A DNA stretch of 64,000 nucleotides, taken from Candidatus Cloacimonadales bacterium. GTDB lineage: Bacteria; Cloacimonadota; Cloacimonadia; Cloacimonadales; DAONDQ01. The DNA lies in the NCBI GenBank assembly GCA_963662275.1, contig OY759316.1, positions 4,128,001 to 4,192,000 on the forward strand, in the 5' to 3' direction. This document shows positions 45,993 to 56,449 of this stretch, in pieces. Numbering within the stretch: the first letter of the stretch is position 1; the number at the start of each line of letters is the position of its first letter. Position numbers and translations under genes: made by a program. The notes under the pieces were generated by a model. It was not told the DNA's origin and did no database searches. It was given only the letters and a program-made list of their open reading frames with translations.

Positions 45993-48506
45993 TTATTTCA
46001 TTAAGACGACTTTTTGAGTAGCACTATACTTACCGGCAGTCATGCGATAAAAATAAACACCACTACCGACTACTTGACCATTTTCATTTTTCCCATTCCA
46101 AACCAGATGATGCGTTCCAGCATTCCAATCTTGAGAGGTGAGGGTTCTAATTTTTTGACCTTTTACATCATAAACAGTGACATTTACGAAACTAGGTGTC
46201 TTTAAATCAAAGGAAATATTCGTATCAGGATTGAAAGGATTCGGATAAGCGCTGTTGAGTTTTGTTACAGCAGGTATGACTGGAGGTGTATTAGGATCAC
46301 TTTGTTCAAGAACTGTGACCATGACGGGTCCATTGAAACTGTTGCTGCCGTCTAAATCAACATTCTCAAGCCAGTAATAATATGTATTAGGTGCTTCCAC
46401 TGAAGCATCATTAAAATTATAATTATGCTGTGTTGAAGTGTTTGTCCCAGTAATAATATCAGAATTCATACTGATCGCATTTCCGATATTTGAATCTGTG
46501 GAACGAAGAACATTGAATCCCAAGTTATTGGTTTCCGATTCTGTCGTCCACTGTAAGGTTACTAATAACTCTACTGTAGAGAATGTTGCTGTAAAAGAAG
46601 ATAATTCAACTGGAAGTACAAGATCGCCAGCTTCTTGACCAATCGTATAAGTTCCCTTGGTTAGAGTTGATGAAATAGGAACTATTATCCAACGTGTTGC
46701 GGTTGAAACATCATATGATGTATTAGAAATCTTAGTTGAACCTTTATAGACAGCAGGTATTGAAATTGACCAATCATAGTCATGATCATCGCTGCTTGTC
46801 CAATAGAATTTAACATTCTTACTGCCAGTAAATGTCCCGTCTAAAACCCACTGTCTGTCTACTTTATAAGGGTAAAGGGAAGCAGGTGACATTGTTGCAG
46901 AAAAGCTACTAATGTCAATTTCGGTTTCGGCAATATCAATATAGTTATATGCTGCAGAAAAATAACCATCAACAGTAACAGCTCCAGTTATTGCCCCAGC
47001 AGTATGGGTAAAATTTTCAAGAACTACAAAGCTACCAGTAAGAGAAACTCCGGCAGCATTGTTGATTGTACAATTATTAAGTCCTGAAGTTACAGCGGGA
47101 AGCGTCAATGCTGTGGTTCCGCCAATAACGAGATTTGATGTGGCTCCGCCGACTAATCCGCCGGTTATGGTTGGGATTGTCCCATTTAGCGTTAACGTAT
47201 ATGCATCTATGGTCAGGGCAGTAGTCAATGAAAGAGCCCCACCAATAGTCATGTCAGATTTAAGAGTACAGGCATTTGAACTAGTGTTCACGGTTAAATT
47301 ATTCAGCGTTGGAATTATCTTTACATTAAAAGCCTGAGTACCTGGTGAAGCACTACCAAGAACAATAGTCCCTCCACTAATTGTACCGCCATCAATACTT
47401 ACATCATTACCAGAATAAGATCCCTGGTTAGCCTGTTGAATATTCAATGTTCCAGATGACATAGTAAATGTTCCGCCTGTGGCAGGAGCACCGAAAACAC
47501 CATTTGTAGTATTACTTACAGAAGTAGATGGCACATTAACAGTAGCTCCGTTAATCGTCAAAGTACCTGTCCAGTTATTCATACCAGGAGCTGTACTTGA
47601 TCCAATTCTTCCCCCAACATTGACCGTACCAGCGGTTAATGTAATTGTCCCGCCGTTCGGAGAAAGGCTGTTACCTGTTCCACCAATTGTGACTGTTCCG
47701 GAGGTATTGACTAAAAATGTTCCACCAGATACAGTTAAACTTGCTCCAGTTATTGTTAAACTACCACTGCCGGTTACACTTAAGTTACCTGTGTTGGCAA
47801 CAGGAAGAACTTGAGTATTTGACTGAAAAACCATCGTTCCTGCAGATTGTTCCCATGTGCCATTAGTCCATACCATTAAACCGTTGTTTGTTGACGAAAC
47901 CGAACACACAACTTTCCTTGAAGCTGCTCCCCTGTTCAGGGTTAATATTCCAAAGGAAACTGCTGTCGGGGTTCCGGGTGACGATATGGTAACATCACTA
48001 GCTGATGTGCTGTTGAATGTAACATTGCCTTTTTTTGTACTGGAAGAATACAAACCAAATGTGGCAGTATTTCCTACGGTCAGATTACCGCCAATCACTA
48101 AAACATGTTGAACATTATTTGTTTGAGTACCAATATTAAATTGTGCGGAAGTTTTTAACTCAACATTGCCAGCAACTGTTAGCGTTCTGACTGTGGTCGT
48201 ATTCTGGTATACCAATACACCCGTTGTACCTTCACCGATAGTTAAACTCGCTAATGCATTCGCTGGAGTTGAATCAATGGTTATCGTATGTCCGTCACGA
48301 ATTAACACCGCCGCTCCGGCTGCAACGCCCGGTGTTTGACCTGAAACTGCAGCTACCCAAGCTGAACCATTATAACGTTCCCAAGAGCCAAAGGCACTCC
48401 AATTCCCTGTCGCTTTGCTGCGGTAATCACCTGTGGCATCAGCAGCAAACAGAACATTAAAACTGAAAATGACACAAAGTGCAAAAATTAAGACCATTTG
48501 TTTCAT
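45993..48506 (-). CDS. Secreted Gly/Thr-rich beta-solenoid adhesin-like protein with LPVELSSF domain and CTD
   Basis: Start at ATG 48506 behind AAGGAG; GDYRS..TGNW; LPVELSSF; YPNPFNP...QKVVLMK. Confidence 0.85.
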   Translation of the reverse strand: MKQMVLIFALCVIFSFNVLFAADATGDYRSKATGNWSAFGSWERYNGSAWVAAVSGQTPGVAAGAAVLIRDGHTITIDSTPANALASLTIGEGTTGVLVYQNTTTVRTLTVAGNVELKTSAQFNIGTQTNNVQHVLVIGGNLTVGNTATFGLYSSSTKKGNVTFNSTSASDVTISSPGTPTAVSFGILTLNRGAASRKVVCSVSSTNNGLMVWTNGTWEQSAGTMVFQSNTQVLPVANTGNLSVTGSGSLTITGASLTVSGGTFLVNTSGTVTIGGTGNSLSPNGGTITLTAGTVNVGGRIGSSTAPGMNNWTGTLTINGATVNVPSTSVSNTTNGVFGAPATGGTFTMSSGTLNIQQANQGSYSGNDVSIDGGTISGGTIVLGSASPGTQAFNVKIIPTLNNLTVNTSSNACTLKSDMTIGGALSLTTALTIDAYTLTLNGTIPTITGGLVGGATSNLVIGGTTALTLPAVTSGLNNCTINNAAGVSLTGSFVVLENFTHTAGAITGAVTVDGYFSAAYNYIDIAETEIDISSFSATMSPASLYPYKVDRQWVLDGTFTGSKNVKFYWTSSDDHDYDWSISIPAVYKGSTKISNTSYDVSTATRWIIVPISSTLTKGTYTIGQEAGDLVLPVELSSFTATFSTVELLVTLQWTTESETNNLGFNVLRSTDSNIGNAISMNSDIITGTNTSTQHNYNFNDASVEAPNTYYYWLENVDLDGSNSFNGPVMVTVLEQSDPNTPPVIPAVTKLNSAYPNPFNPDTNISFDLKTPSFVNVTVYDVKGQKIRTLTSQDWNAGTHHLVWNGKNENGQVVGSGVYFYRMTAGKYSATQKVVLMK

Positions 48507-48645
48507 AATATTACTCCTTATCTTTTTTGAATATTTCATATGAATGCCTTATAAGGCTATTTATCCATAGTATGAATCAAAATAAACTTGAAGATACTTG
48601 TCAACCAAAAAATTGAACGTAATACCATTATTTTCAGATAATAAC

Positions 48646-48673
48646 ATGGGGATTCATAAAGCTGAATCCCCAT
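48646..48673 (-). terminator. Terminator-like hairpin
   Basis: ATGGGGATTCA-loop-TGAATCCCCAT. Confidence 0.55.
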
Positions 48674-48695
48674 AGGTTAAAGTATGCTACGAAAT

Positions 48696-51224
48696 TTACT
48701 TGAGAAGTACTATCTTCCTCATGTCATGATGCCCATCAGAAGTAAATCTAACGAAATAAATACCACTGGAAACGTGATGTCCCTGGTCATCTTTTCCCTG
48801 CCAGGATGTAGTATATTTTCCTGAAGTTCGATTTCCTTCGTAAATCGCACTAATTTTCTCACCTCGAATATTGTAAATATCGATGCTGATCCGACTCGGT
48901 CTTGTTACTTGATAACGGATATTCGTCTCCGGGTTGAAGGGATTAGGATAAATGGAAGTCATCCCGGTTGAAAGAGGAATCACATCCGTTTGATCATCAT
49001 TTCCCATGATTGGAGAGATCGTAACTTCATTGGAGAATGAAGACTCACCATTTTCGTACAAAGTGGTCACTTTATAGGAAGTCAATCCTGTCAATATTTC
49101 CGAATCATAATAGACCAAGGAATCAGTAGGACTGACCATATCGAGTAAATCATTATTCTTATAAATTGAATATCCGAGTATTTCTATTACTGAATCTGGG
49201 GCGACCCAACGTAATACTGCATGATTACCATTTACATGTAATGCAGCCAAATTCAAGGGTGGTAACAATGGTGCATCCGGGAAGGATATATTATCAATCC
49301 AGACGCAATCACTCCCGAAAGCAGTCGTTGCATTCTTCAGATAAGTCCATTTAAAGATATGTGCTCCTTCAGTAACTGGAAACGTATTTAATGCCCAATC
49401 ACTTGTTCCTGACCAACGTCCATTTTCTACATTATCGATATAGAAAATGAGAAAGTCATGATTTATTTGGGAAGATGTTTTAACATAAAAGCCAACATTT
49501 CCGTCCTGTGGAATAATATAATCAAGAGACGCTGAAGTATTTTGACTATTCCCAATCGTTCCTGATTTTGCACAATACAAACCGCTATAGACATTACTGG
49601 ACACAACACTCCAATTGGTATTCCCTGTTAATATCCAAGGCAAAGCTGTCATATTCCCGGATTCAAATCCTTCCTCAACGGTCACTATCACCGGGGCGAA
49701 ATCAACATAGAAATGCATCGTTGTATCCGGATTGCTAATTTGAGAAATGTTCAAACCGCCAGGTGCTCCATTTTGGAGAAAACCGGAAGGACTCGTTCCA
49801 TCATTAATGGCAATTCTTCCAGCCGAAGCTGAGTAGTTTGCCTGATTTATCTGTCCATTAATTGTTACGGTACCGTTTGGACGATATAGATAAACTTCAT
49901 CGGGAGGTCCGTCTGCATTGCCTTCTCCATCAAGCGTATGATCAATTCGATAGATCAATAGACCTGCACCGGGAGTGGAACTTTCAAAAGTTCCTAAGTT
50001 ATCCCTATATTCCACAACGTAGAATTGATCAGGTGAGTTTGGAGAAGCAATTTTATAGCAATTGTTCGTTGATGAGTTTAAAGAATGGATAGAATATGTA
50101 CCCGCTGTAGTTATTTCCGGGATTGAATCTATCCAATGCCCATATCGGAATTTCATATAGGCACCCATATGCTGAGGAGGGTTTTGCGTACCTTCCATTA
50201 AATCCCAGTCTCCCACGGGACTTGGTCCCTCATAGTAATAATGATAAAGGTCAGGAGAACCCAAGCTATGGAACATTTCATGGCAAAGAACACCTACCCC
50301 TTCATACTGTAGAAATTCCTGGAGCTGAAAATTATAGGTAAAGACTCTTTTATCGTTAATCATAACATTATATGATTCTAATACCCACATATGAGGCCAT
50401 AGAAGATCAGCCCAGTCGCCTGCTCCACCGCTTATCGTAAAACATATATTATCAACTTGTCCATCGCCATCACCATCCAGGTTCAAAGTGGAAGGAATTT
50501 GGTCACTGCAAAAAATACTGGCATCTCTAAGTAGCGCGTGTTCTCGTAAAGTTCTGTCATTATCATCCGTATAACCATTCGGATTCAAACTCTCATCGTA
50601 GGGTTCAAAATAATCTCGTGTATGGCTATCCTCGTAGGAGACAACAAACCCGCTCAGAGGTAAAGGATAGAAACTGGTATTCACATTTAAAGCACCATAA
50701 GATGCTTCTTCAAAATAGTTATGTAATGAATTGGCACCTTGTAAAGTATTGTTAAACATTGTATCATAACTTGAGATCGTTTCTCCATATTCTGATTCTC
50801 CACTAAAGCGGATGAAAATCACTAAATTATTGAGTATTCCTGTTGTTGGGGCTTGATACTCAATGCGAGACAATTTATGCTGCCATTGCTGGCGTATTTG
50901 ACGATAATTTTCTTCAGATTCTTTCACCCCGGGTATCAAACCTAACTGAGTTGGATCTGACTGACCAACAATATAATTAGAAGCCACAGGCATATTATTC
51001 ATTTTATTTGCATAGGTATAAAAGCCTGTTTTCCCATTCTTCAAGATAGTAAAATCTTTGGCATCATGAGCACGACGATAGAATTCATCTCCACTAATTA
51101 AACAGGATATTTTACTGCCATCAGGTTGTTGAATTTGATAAGGCATATTGCTCAACCAAGCTGCATGAAGAGGAACCAAACAAAGAACATATAGCATTAA
51201 CAATATAAGTATTTTACTTTTCAT
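48696..51224 (-). CDS. M6-family (immune inhibitor A-like) secreted metalloprotease with CTD
   Basis: Start at ATG 51224 behind GGAGG; QPDG..GDEF propeptide; CHEMFHSLGSPDLY; GDWDLM; VEYR; YPNPFNP. Confidence 0.9.
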   Translation of the reverse strand: MKSKILILLMLYVLCLVPLHAAWLSNMPYQIQQPDGSKISCLISGDEFYRRAHDAKDFTILKNGKTGFYTYANKMNNMPVASNYIVGQSDPTQLGLIPGVKESEENYRQIRQQWQHKLSRIEYQAPTTGILNNLVIFIRFSGESEYGETISSYDTMFNNTLQGANSLHNYFEEASYGALNVNTSFYPLPLSGFVVSYEDSHTRDYFEPYDESLNPNGYTDDNDRTLREHALLRDASIFCSDQIPSTLNLDGDGDGQVDNICFTISGGAGDWADLLWPHMWVLESYNVMINDKRVFTYNFQLQEFLQYEGVGVLCHEMFHSLGSPDLYHYYYEGPSPVGDWDLMEGTQNPPQHMGAYMKFRYGHWIDSIPEITTAGTYSIHSLNSSTNNCYKIASPNSPDQFYVVEYRDNLGTFESSTPGAGLLIYRIDHTLDGEGNADGPPDEVYLYRPNGTVTINGQINQANYSASAGRIAINDGTSPSGFLQNGAPGGLNISQISNPDTTMHFYVDFAPVIVTVEEGFESGNMTALPWILTGNTNWSVVSSNVYSGLYCAKSGTIGNSQNTSASLDYIIPQDGNVGFYVKTSSQINHDFLIFYIDNVENGRWSGTSDWALNTFPVTEGAHIFKWTYLKNATTAFGSDCVWIDNISFPDAPLLPPLNLAALHVNGNHAVLRWVAPDSVIEILGYSIYKNNDLLDMVSPTDSLVYYDSEILTGLTSYKVTTLYENGESSFSNEVTISPIMGNDDQTDVIPLSTGMTSIYPNPFNPETNIRYQVTRPSRISIDIYNIRGEKISAIYEGNRTSGKYTTSWQGKDDQGHHVSSGIYFVRFTSDGHHDMRKIVLLK

Positions 51225-51303
51225 AAATCCTCCAGATAAAATGAGCATATGCAAGAAAGAAGCCACAAACGAAGATTGAAGAATATGGGGAGCCATAAAA
51301 AAA

Positions 51304-51380
51304 GTAGAGACGTCCAATTTGGACGTCTCATAAAAATAGACCCTCAAAAACGTAGAGACACCCAAGTTGGGCGTCTCTAC
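51304..51380 (+). repeat. Pair of GTAG-type palindromes
   Basis: GTAGAGACGTCCAATTTGGACGTCTC and GTAGAGACACCCAAGTTGGGCGTCTCTAC. Confidence 0.75.
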
Positions 51381-51396
51381 ATAGAAATTGATATTA

Positions 51397-54300
51397 TTAT
51401 TTGAGCAATATCATCTTTTTTGTACTTGAGTAATTTCCTGATTTCATCTTGTAGAAATACAAGCCACTTCCCAGGGTATTACCTTTTTCATCGTTGCCAT
51501 TCCATGTTGCTGTGTAATTACCGGCTTCCATCCTGCTATTCACGAGAGTTCTGACTTTTTTACCAAGTGAATTATAAATCTCTAGAGAAACGAAACCGGA
51601 TTGTTTTACACTATAGGATATGACTGTTGTTGGATTAAAAGGATTTGGATAGTTTCCCTTCAGAGCTGTTACAGAAGGCATCACAGGATCCTGATTGCTT
51701 ACAACAGTAATTGTATTGCTGGGAGCTGATTCTCCCGGAGCTTCTGTATATAATGCGGTCACATAGTAATGATATGTGCTATTTACTGCATCTATGATAT
51801 TATACTCAGTTGTAGTCGGACTCATCACATCCTGGATCGGATGATTATTCTGATAGACCCTGTAACCAAGTAAACTGCGGTTCGGAGTACCTGACCTTCT
51901 CATACTGATTTGATTCCTGGAAGGAACTGGGGCAACCCAGGACAAATGTATATCATTTCCCGTCATAATTGATCCGGTCAGATTAGTTGGTGGAACTAAT
52001 GGAGGTGTTGCAGGAGTTACCGTGATATGTGGAGTTCCATCTGATTCACCTGTTGGATCTGTATAAGTTGCTGTTACCCAGTATTCATAAGGAAGTCCAT
52101 TTATCAAACCGGTATTTGTATAGGTAAGGACAGTTGGAGCCAATGTTGTGATTACACCTACATTCCGATAAACCTTATAACCAGTTGGCGTTCCACTTAC
52201 AGGTGCAGCCCACGTCAAGGTTGCCAATGCATTTCCGGCAACTGCTGTGAAACTGGTAGGCGGATTGAAGATTGGAGCAATAGGAGTAACTGTGATTGTT
52301 GGAGTTGCAGCAGATTCACCTGTTGGATTTGTATAAGATGCAGTAACCCAAAATTCGTAAGGTGTACCACTGGTTAATCCAGTATTTGTATAAGTCAAGA
52401 CCGTTGACGCTAATGTGGTCACCAGTGTGTTGTTGCGATAAACCTTATAACTGGTGGGTGTTCCGCTTGTTGGAGCTGCCCAGGTTAATGTCGCAGAATA
52501 AAAACCGGGTACGGCTGCGAAATTAGTGGGCGGATTGAATATATAGGGTGCAATTGTCACAGGAACTTCATTACTGAATGCAGATTCTCCATTCGGACTT
52601 GAATAGTAGCAAGAGATTTTATAAGTTAAAGTCCCCGGTACGGCTGTATTATCCACATACTGATGGGCAGTAGGATTGGCAATCGTAGTTAAAAGAGTTC
52701 CATTGCGATAGACCTTGATTCCTGTTAAGCTGCGATCTCTTAATTGTGTGACAGGCAGTACATTACCACTGAAAATCAAGTTATTATCAGCAATCTTCGT
52801 CTTTGTAACAGTTGTTTTAGAACGAATTGCACTTTTTACTTTAAAATCTTCTGCATTGAAACTAATTGATTTTGAGCTGCCTCTGGCTATGATCTGGTCA
52901 ATAAACCAAACATGAAATAAACCATCCATAGATGGTCCATCGATAGCCTGCCAAGCTAACTTGATATTCTGACCTGCATAGGCAGATAAACTGATTGTAT
53001 ATGGTGTCGCATAGTTATTCAGCAAAGGTGGAAGTGTGGAAGCATCCCATAATGTTGTCCATTGAGCACCACCATTGGTAGAGACTTTTACATAAAAATG
53101 ATCTCCACTGGCAGAACCTTGAGTACAATAAGACCAGAATGAAATATTCGCAGCAGTAGGGCAAACGAATTGGGGTGAGATTAACCATTCATCCTGGTGT
53201 TCAAAAGCTAACCATAAACCAACTTGTTTATTCCCGATATGTGGTACGATGGGAGGATCTACATTAATAATCCCCACCTGGCACCAGGTAGGAAGAACAC
53301 CTGTCACACCCGCGGTACCGGTATTTGTAATTGTTTGAGACCAGTCTGCAGGTGGATACGTACCTTCAAAACTTTCTGTATCTGAGGGAAGCAGCCAATT
53401 TAAAGTGATTGCATTCCAAGCTGTTTGATTGGCACTTAGGTTGAAAGGAGGATCAAATACAGGAGCAAGAGGTAATGCAGTAATTGTATTTGTCGGAGTT
53501 GATTCTCCACTCGGGTTTTCATATAAAGCGGTAACATAAAAAGAATAAGAAGCGTTATTCGTTAGTGTATCATCCGTATATGTAATTGCTGTTGGTGCCG
53601 TCGTGTGGATCAATGTTCCGTCACGATAGATTTTATATCCGCTTAATGTCATCCCGTCAGCCACTATTGCTGCATCCCAACTGAGAGTAGCACTGTGATC
53701 ACCGTCAATATGTGTTAAGTTGGTTGGTGGTGTATAGGTCGGAACAAAGATATCTATCGAAACATCATCAAGTCCAACACCATAAGAATTATTTGTCCCG
53801 TCGGAAAAATCTCTCCAGCGGATGAAAGAGTTTTCACCAACATATGGTGTTAAGTCGACTGCAACCTGGTGATAAGCTGTTTGCACAGAAGAAGCTGAAA
53901 GAATTGCCACAATATTCCAGGTAGAGCCTCCATTCGAAGATATTTCACAGTACGTTGTATCATGAAGTACAACTTTCGCAATATCAGCATCTTTCCACCA
54001 GAATCTCAGTCGACTGCTAGCTGGTATGGAAATTCTTGGTGTCATGAGGGTTTTTGTTCCCGCAGGTTGATAAAGAGATCTTGCACAATATGTACCGGTG
54101 TGAGTTCCTGTACCAGATATCCAGCCGGTTGTTGGCAAGCCGGTTATCGTCAAGCCGGTTGTAGTCCAGCCGAGAGGAGGAAAAATGGCACTTTCAAAAC
54201 CTTCGTTATAGGGAAAAACCACAATCGCAGGATCCGGTAGGGTAGTAAAAGACCATATTGGACACTCAGAAGTACTACCGAATTGGTTATATGGAACAAC

Positions 54301-55266
54301 CTTCCAGTAATAAGTTGTAGAATAAATAAAATTAGCTGCTGGAGTATAATTTAAAATTGTTCCAACATCCAGGCTATCGACAATGTTGGTAGGTGGATTA
54401 TTTGTTCCCAGGAATATCCTGTAGCCAGTAGGTCCACCACCACCATCAGCCCAGATCAGGTGTGCATTCAGCAGGACATCAATACCATTATTAACTGGGG
54501 TGACAATAGCTGCCGGATTGGGTGGGTCTCCTACTTCCGGAGGTGTAAAGATATAGGATAATCCCATTGGTGGTACAACCGTTGTTGACATCGCGCAGGA
54601 AGATGTGTTAATCGTTCCAGGAATTGATGTTAACCAATCATTTGTATTCAGGACAACGCTGCGATTATTGAATTCAGCATTGGAATTACCACGTAAACCA
54701 ATTTGGAAAGTATTAGCTGTCGGATTTGCAGCGCCAAATTTGTTATGACCATATTGAATTTCAATCACATTCGTTGTTTCATGGAGACGTATCTGAAAAT
54801 TGAGTGTATCAGCGGCATTGACTGTACCATATCTTTGGAAATTCTTCCATTGCAAAACAAAAATACGATTTGGTGCTTCACCGATCACCTTTCTCATTAA
54901 TTCGCCAATTGTTGGTTTGCCCCTAATATCTCTATTGAGAGCAACCACAACGCGATTACTCGCATTTGCATTACCATTACTTATAGCAAAAAAGCTGCTT
55001 ATCGCTGTTGCACCAAATACCAAATATCCATTGGAGTTGATGCTGATGATTGAGTCAGTACTAGTTGTTGAATCAAACTGAAAGCCAAAACCAATCGGAA
55101 TGGCATTAAAGCTTTGATTATCATTTTCTGCTGTGCCAATCACTGTACCCCCCGTAATTGGAATATATGTCCCAACACTGCTGGTGAATGTGTATTCTGA
55201 AACTACAGCAGGTAACAGAGAATATCCAAATAGGATGATCAAAAAAAGAATCAGGAATTTCCTCAT
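51397..55266 (-). CDS. Secreted multidomain adhesin (MAM/cleaved-adhesin domains, multiple FN3, CTD)
   Basis: DEWLISP, repeated PPTN...LTW.AP...YKVYR...YWVTA.Y..GES; YPNPFNP...KKMILLK. Confidence 0.88.
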   Translation of the reverse strand: MRKFLILFLIILFGYSLLPAVVSEYTFTSSVGTYIPITGGTVIGTAENDNQSFNAIPIGFGFQFDSTTSTDSIISINSNGYLVFGATAISSFFAISNGNANASNRVVVALNRDIRGKPTIGELMRKVIGEAPNRIFVLQWKNFQRYGTVNAADTLNFQIRLHETTNVIEIQYGHNKFGAANPTANTFQIGLRGNSNAEFNNRSVVLNTNDWLTSIPGTINTSSCAMSTTVVPPMGLSYIFTPPEVGDPPNPAAIVTPVNNGIDVLLNAHLIWADGGGGPTGYRIFLGTNNPPTNIVDSLDVGTILNYTPAANFIYSTTYYWKVVPYNQFGSTSECPIWSFTTLPDPAIVVFPYNEGFESAIFPPLGWTTTGLTITGLPTTGWISGTGTHTGTYCARSLYQPAGTKTLMTPRISIPASSRLRFWWKDADIAKVVLHDTTYCEISSNGGSTWNIVAILSASSVQTAYHQVAVDLTPYVGENSFIRWRDFSDGTNNSYGVGLDDVSIDIFVPTYTPPTNLTHIDGDHSATLSWDAAIVADGMTLSGYKIYRDGTLIHTTAPTAITYTDDTLTNNASYSFYVTALYENPSGESTPTNTITALPLAPVFDPPFNLSANQTAWNAITLNWLLPSDTESFEGTYPPADWSQTITNTGTAGVTGVLPTWCQVGIINVDPPIVPHIGNKQVGLWLAFEHQDEWLISPQFVCPTAANISFWSYCTQGSASGDHFYVKVSTNGGAQWTTLWDASTLPPLLNNYATPYTISLSAYAGQNIKLAWQAIDGPSMDGLFHVWFIDQIIARGSSKSISFNAEDFKVKSAIRSKTTVTKTKIADNNLIFSGNVLPVTQLRDRSLTGIKVYRNGTLLTTIANPTAHQYVDNTAVPGTLTYKISCYYSSPNGESAFSNEVPVTIAPYIFNPPTNFAAVPGFYSATLTWAAPTSGTPTSYKVYRNNTLVTTLASTVLTYTNTGLTSGTPYEFWVTASYTNPTGESAATPTITVTPIAPIFNPPTSFTAVAGNALATLTWAAPVSGTPTGYKVYRNVGVITTLAPTVLTYTNTGLINGLPYEYWVTATYTDPTGESDGTPHITVTPATPPLVPPTNLTGSIMTGNDIHLSWVAPVPSRNQISMRRSGTPNRSLLGYRVYQNNHPIQDVMSPTTTEYNIIDAVNSTYHYYVTALYTEAPGESAPSNTITVVSNQDPVMPSVTALKGNYPNPFNPTTVISYSVKQSGFVSLEIYNSLGKKVRTLVNSRMEAGNYTATWNGNDEKGNTLGSGLYFYKMKSGNYSSTKKMILLK

Positions 55267-55448
55267 AATATCTCCTTTTAAATAATTTTTTGTATAATTT
55301 ATCAGATATATTTTAATATATAATAATCAAATATCAAGGATAACCGTCAAGAAAAATCTATTAAATACAGAATGCTGAATTTAAAAAACTGTGGGGAATT
55401 CTATGAACTTCCCTAAAAAGGATTTTCGCTGCCGATCATGAAAGCTGA

Positions 55449-55566
55449 GTTCTCCGAGTGAACAGATTTATCTATTTGTATCGAGGAGACGACATTACAC
55501 AACCTTAAAGGGTCACATTGGGTCATTTCGATACAATTTCTCCTTCGTCGAAATCACTCAATGAAC
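55449..55566 (+). mobile_element. 118-bp gene-less family A mini-element, nested in a family B repeat (55404-55627)
   Basis: Right end matches 8379-8421 at 42 of 43 positions; left end GTTCTCCGAGTGA...GTATCGAGGAG. Confidence 0.65.
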
Positions 55567-55717
55567 TGTGTATTCTCTCGTTCGATACTTTAGCTTTCAT
55601 ATAAACTCCAAATCCTCAGCTTTCATGTTAAGTCCATAAGAGTTGTTAGTCACATTTCCTTTTCCTAGAGAAAGAATTGAATTAGAGAGTCTAGTTTTCA
55701 TATAGAGAGAAGATAGA

Positions 55718-56236
55718 CTATTTATTGAGTGGTAATTTACCTTTGGCTTTATTCAGGGGAGGAACTATTTGTGCTTCACTTTTATCACTCACGAAGATAG
55801 CCGCAGTCCCTTCCGGAATAAAATAACTCCACGAAGTTGATTGATTATAATATGGACCTTTTCCAATATAAGTGACAGTGCAATGGATTTCATCCCCGGG
55901 ATTTACCTGGTTCTCAAAGGAAGCTAATTGAACATATAAAAATGCACTAGCTAGTTGACCTTTTCTAAGCACATTGATCCTTAATGCATAAGGCGTAGCT
56001 CCACCTGGTTGTGCAGTCGTAATTACTTGTCCTGGAGACGAAGAGCAGGTCACTGTGACTAAGTAGTTTTCGTTATGCGTCATTCCTGTGTTAGTAACAC
56101 TTTCTAGAATATTCACTTTTGGACTGATAATCATCTGGTAATAACCGCGTGGATCATGCTTAATAGATGATGCGTTAGCTATCAGATTACTTAATGCCAT
56201 GAGGCAAATAATTAGTAAAATCATCCTGCACTTCAT
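55718..56236 (-). CDS. Secreted hypothetical protein, paralog of the N-domain of the 743-aa protein
   Basis: Signal peptide; R.YYQ.I, VTNT, NYL, YVQ..F, TYIG and P.GTAAI shared with 56450-58681. Confidence 0.78.
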   Translation of the reverse strand: MKCRMILLIICLMALSNLIANASSIKHDPRGYYQMIISPKVNILESVTNTGMTHNENYLVTVTCSSSPGQVITTAQPGGATPYALRINVLRKGQLASAFLYVQLASFENQVNPGDEIHCTVTYIGKGPYYNQSTSWSYFIPEGTAAIFVSDKSEAQIVPPLNKAKGKLPLNK

Positions 56237-56373
56237 TATTTCTCCTTAATTCTTTTAACAAGTACTTTGAAACTCAGTCAATGTGATACACCTCTATATT
56301 AATCATACTCTGTCAATGAAAATCTGTCTTGGACTTTGTTAAAACTGACAATGATGACAGTCTTAGTAGCATC

Positions 56374-56403
56374 AAAAAGAGGCAGGATTTTCATCCTGCC
56401 TCT
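56374..56403 (-). terminator. Intrinsic terminator
   Basis: AGAGGCAGGAT-tttc-ATCCTGCCTCT with U-tract on the minus strand. Confidence 0.8.
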
Positions 56404-56449
56404 CATATTTTTGCTGTATTACCGATAAATCGGCAATCTCAACATTTAG

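Noticed and set aside
51225..51365. N-terminal extension of the M6 protease ORF
   Set aside because: It runs through REP palindromes; the RBS and signal peptide begin at 51224.
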